The notes under the pieces are model-generated. The model was not told the origin of the DNA. It searched no databases and saw only the letters and a program-made list of their open reading frames with translations. Shown in pieces: positions 61,601 through 64,000 of a DNA stretch of 64,000 nt. The translations under genes were made by a program, and so were the position numbers. Source of the DNA: Octopus sinensis (lineage: Eukaryota); contig NC_042999.1 in assembly GCF_006345805.1 (NCBI RefSeq), forward strand, positions 15,004,001 to 15,068,000. The letters are read 5' to 3'. Positions within the stretch are counted from its first letter, which is position 1; each line of letters begins with the position of its first letter.

Positions 61601-64000
61601 TAAAATTAGTTATAATAAAAAACAAAACAAAAATAAATAAACTATCTCCCTCTTTGATATTCCTATCAACCCTTTAGCATTCAGGTTACGTAATCAAATG
61701 TAGTAATATTAACTTATAATTTACATTGTTTTGGATTTATCCTGCATCTACTTGTAGCCTTGAGATTTCGATTATGTGGCTGTATATTTTTTAGGCTGAG
61801 CACTCCCAAAATATGTGTACCCTTAACCCTTTTGATACCAACCCACTTGAAACCACCTCTCACTCTGTAATACAAATGTCTTGTTTTCAAAGGTTCTGAA
61901 TTAAAATCTTCCAGCAAACCCTAGTCACAATTTATGTTCCTAACATTAGTTTAATGATAATTAAGTTATTTTACTAAATTCTTTTTTATTTAAAATTAAT
62001 TGAAAGAAACTCAGAATATCTCAACAGAAATATGGTAACAAAAGGGTTAATGTAGCTATGAGGGACACACAAAATGTGACAAGGATGGCTCTTTGAAATA
62101 TGGGTACAACTTGTTAATGTCAGCTGAGTGGTCTGGAGAAATGTAAAATAAAGTGTCTTGCCCAAGGTCACAATATGCAACTGGGTTTCAAACTCACAAC
62201 CCTATGATTGTGAGCTAAATACCCTAACCACTTAGCCAGGCACATTATTGATACCCCATGGTGTTTATTACCACCCTGTTTATGTTTCTTTACTTCAAGG
62301 TTGACATTATCTTGCATCCCTGAAAATGACAATAAAATAAGCTATGTGAAGGACTTAATGATTGAAGCCAGTAAAAAGAATATAAGTACATTTATCTGTC
62401 TTTGTTTAAACAGAGCTTAAGCTAGAACAACACTACATACAATCAACATATTTATTAAGACATTGGCAAATTTGTAAAGCTCTTGAGATTATCATATTGG
62501 TGTGTATGTATATTTAGGGTGGAGCGAAAAATGTACATTTTACACAGATTTTCAAAATATATTTTCAAGAATATATTTTTTATTGCGAAATCTTTTAAAA
62601 ACAACTGTGTTAAAATCTGAAGTTGTTAAATTTACATCTTCAGGCTCCGCAACCCACTTGAAATTTTGAATAATGAGCCAAAAAATCGACTTATAAAACG
62701 TTTGCCATTCCTCATTTTATTTTTCACATTCATAGTAACGAATTAATTTTCTTTTGCTAAATGCTTTGAAAACAAGCATGTTAAAATCTCAGGCTCCAAA
62801 ATTTTAATTTTTAGGCTCCGCAACACACTTGAAATTTTGTAATTATGTGAAATAAATAGACTTGTTAGCTTTGTTTACTTTATTATATATGTGTTACATA
62901 TGAGATGGCTTCCAAATATATGTGTTACATGAGGTCTAGATTACACATATATTAAAATAAATTTAGAAAGTTGTCGAGATTGTAGCAGAAAAGACAATTC
63001 TTCTTTGGAAAAAGGCATCCATCCCTTGTGTTATGACTGAGTCAGTTAAACTGAAAATCTTAAACTTTCCTTAGCTGACATAGAAGGGCGACTGTGATCT
63101 GGCTGATTCTCTCTAATCCACCTCTAACATTCTGTTTAGATACTGCTTGATCTATTCTGCCAATGATCATTTTGCAATTTGTCCGTTCATCATCAACATC
63201 ATCATCATTGTTTAACGTCCGCTTTCCATGCTAGCATGGGTTGGACGATTTGACTGAGTTCTGGCGAACCAGATGGCTGCACCAGACTCCAATCTAATCT
63301 GGCAGAGTTTCTACAGCTGGATGCCCTTCCTAACGCCAACCACTCAGAGAGTGTAGTGGGTACTTTTACGTGCCACCGGCACGAGGGCCAGTCAGGCTGA
63401 ACTGGCAACGGCCACGCTCAAATAGTGTTTTTTTATGTGCCACCTGCACAGGAGCCAATCCAGCGGCACTGGCAACGATCTTGCTTGAATGTTTTTCCAC
63501 GTGCCACCAGCATAAGTGCCAGTAAGGTGGCACAGGTAACAATCATGCTCGAATGGTGCTTCTTTTTACATGCCATTGGCACGGAGGCCAGCTTGTTGCT
63601 CTGGCGATGATCTCGCTCGTATGGTTGATCCTGATCTTGTAAGAAATTTTCTTCTCTCTCTGGTACATTTTTGTCTCCACTACAACTGCAGCTTTTAACC
63701 CTTTAGTGTTCAGATTATTCTGTCAAATGTAATGTTTGTTTATTTAAAATGGCTTGAATTAATCATGCATTATCTTGTAGTTTAGAGATTTCGGTGATGT
63801 GATTTTTTAGTTTTAGAACGACATGGTAGGGCTGAGATGAAAGGTGAGATCTGGTCAGTTTCAATGTATAACAGGTTAAATATTTTGGCCAGATATGGCC
63901 GGTTTGAATGCTAAAGGGTTAAAGGAGTTGCACTTGCGACAGGAAATGTCAAATAAATCTTTTGTTGCATTGTTTTTAAACGCATTACACTTTGTTTGAA
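58629..64000 (+). repeat. Copy 2 of the large direct duplication (runs off the window)
   Basis: Collinear with 47829-53180. Confidence 0.95.

Overview
AT-rich, repeat-saturated eukaryotic DNA. It is most likely an octopus (coleoid cephalopod) intergenic or intronic region; this is inferred from the SINE families and microsatellite load, not from a search. I found no host protein-coding exon I can support. The content is at least four abundant SINE families (called A-D here), decayed LINE fragments (RTE x4, CR1-like, L1/Tx1-like, an R4/Dong-type restriction-like endonuclease), a Penelope-like (GIY-YIG) element with ~0.9-kb inverted arms, a Tc1 fossil, several MITEs, a Helentron-type element, a full-length 5S rRNA copy plus a fragment, and a tandem duplication with a ~10.8-kb period whose junction lies in a SINE. 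The most interesting signal is a set of type-I hammerhead ribozyme (HHR) motifs from several families: three with a complete core, four decayed, and two fold-back half-ribozymes. One homologous HHR-bearing 3' module, with covarying stems, is attached to a GIY-YIG element at 7.6-10.6 kb and to a restriction-like-endonuclease ORF at 35.1-35.9 kb. In addition, the 3' tail of SINE-B matches the 3' end of the L1/Tx1-like LINE, and the internal microsatellite of SINE-A hosts three different retroelement insertions. All coordinates and alignments were done by eye.
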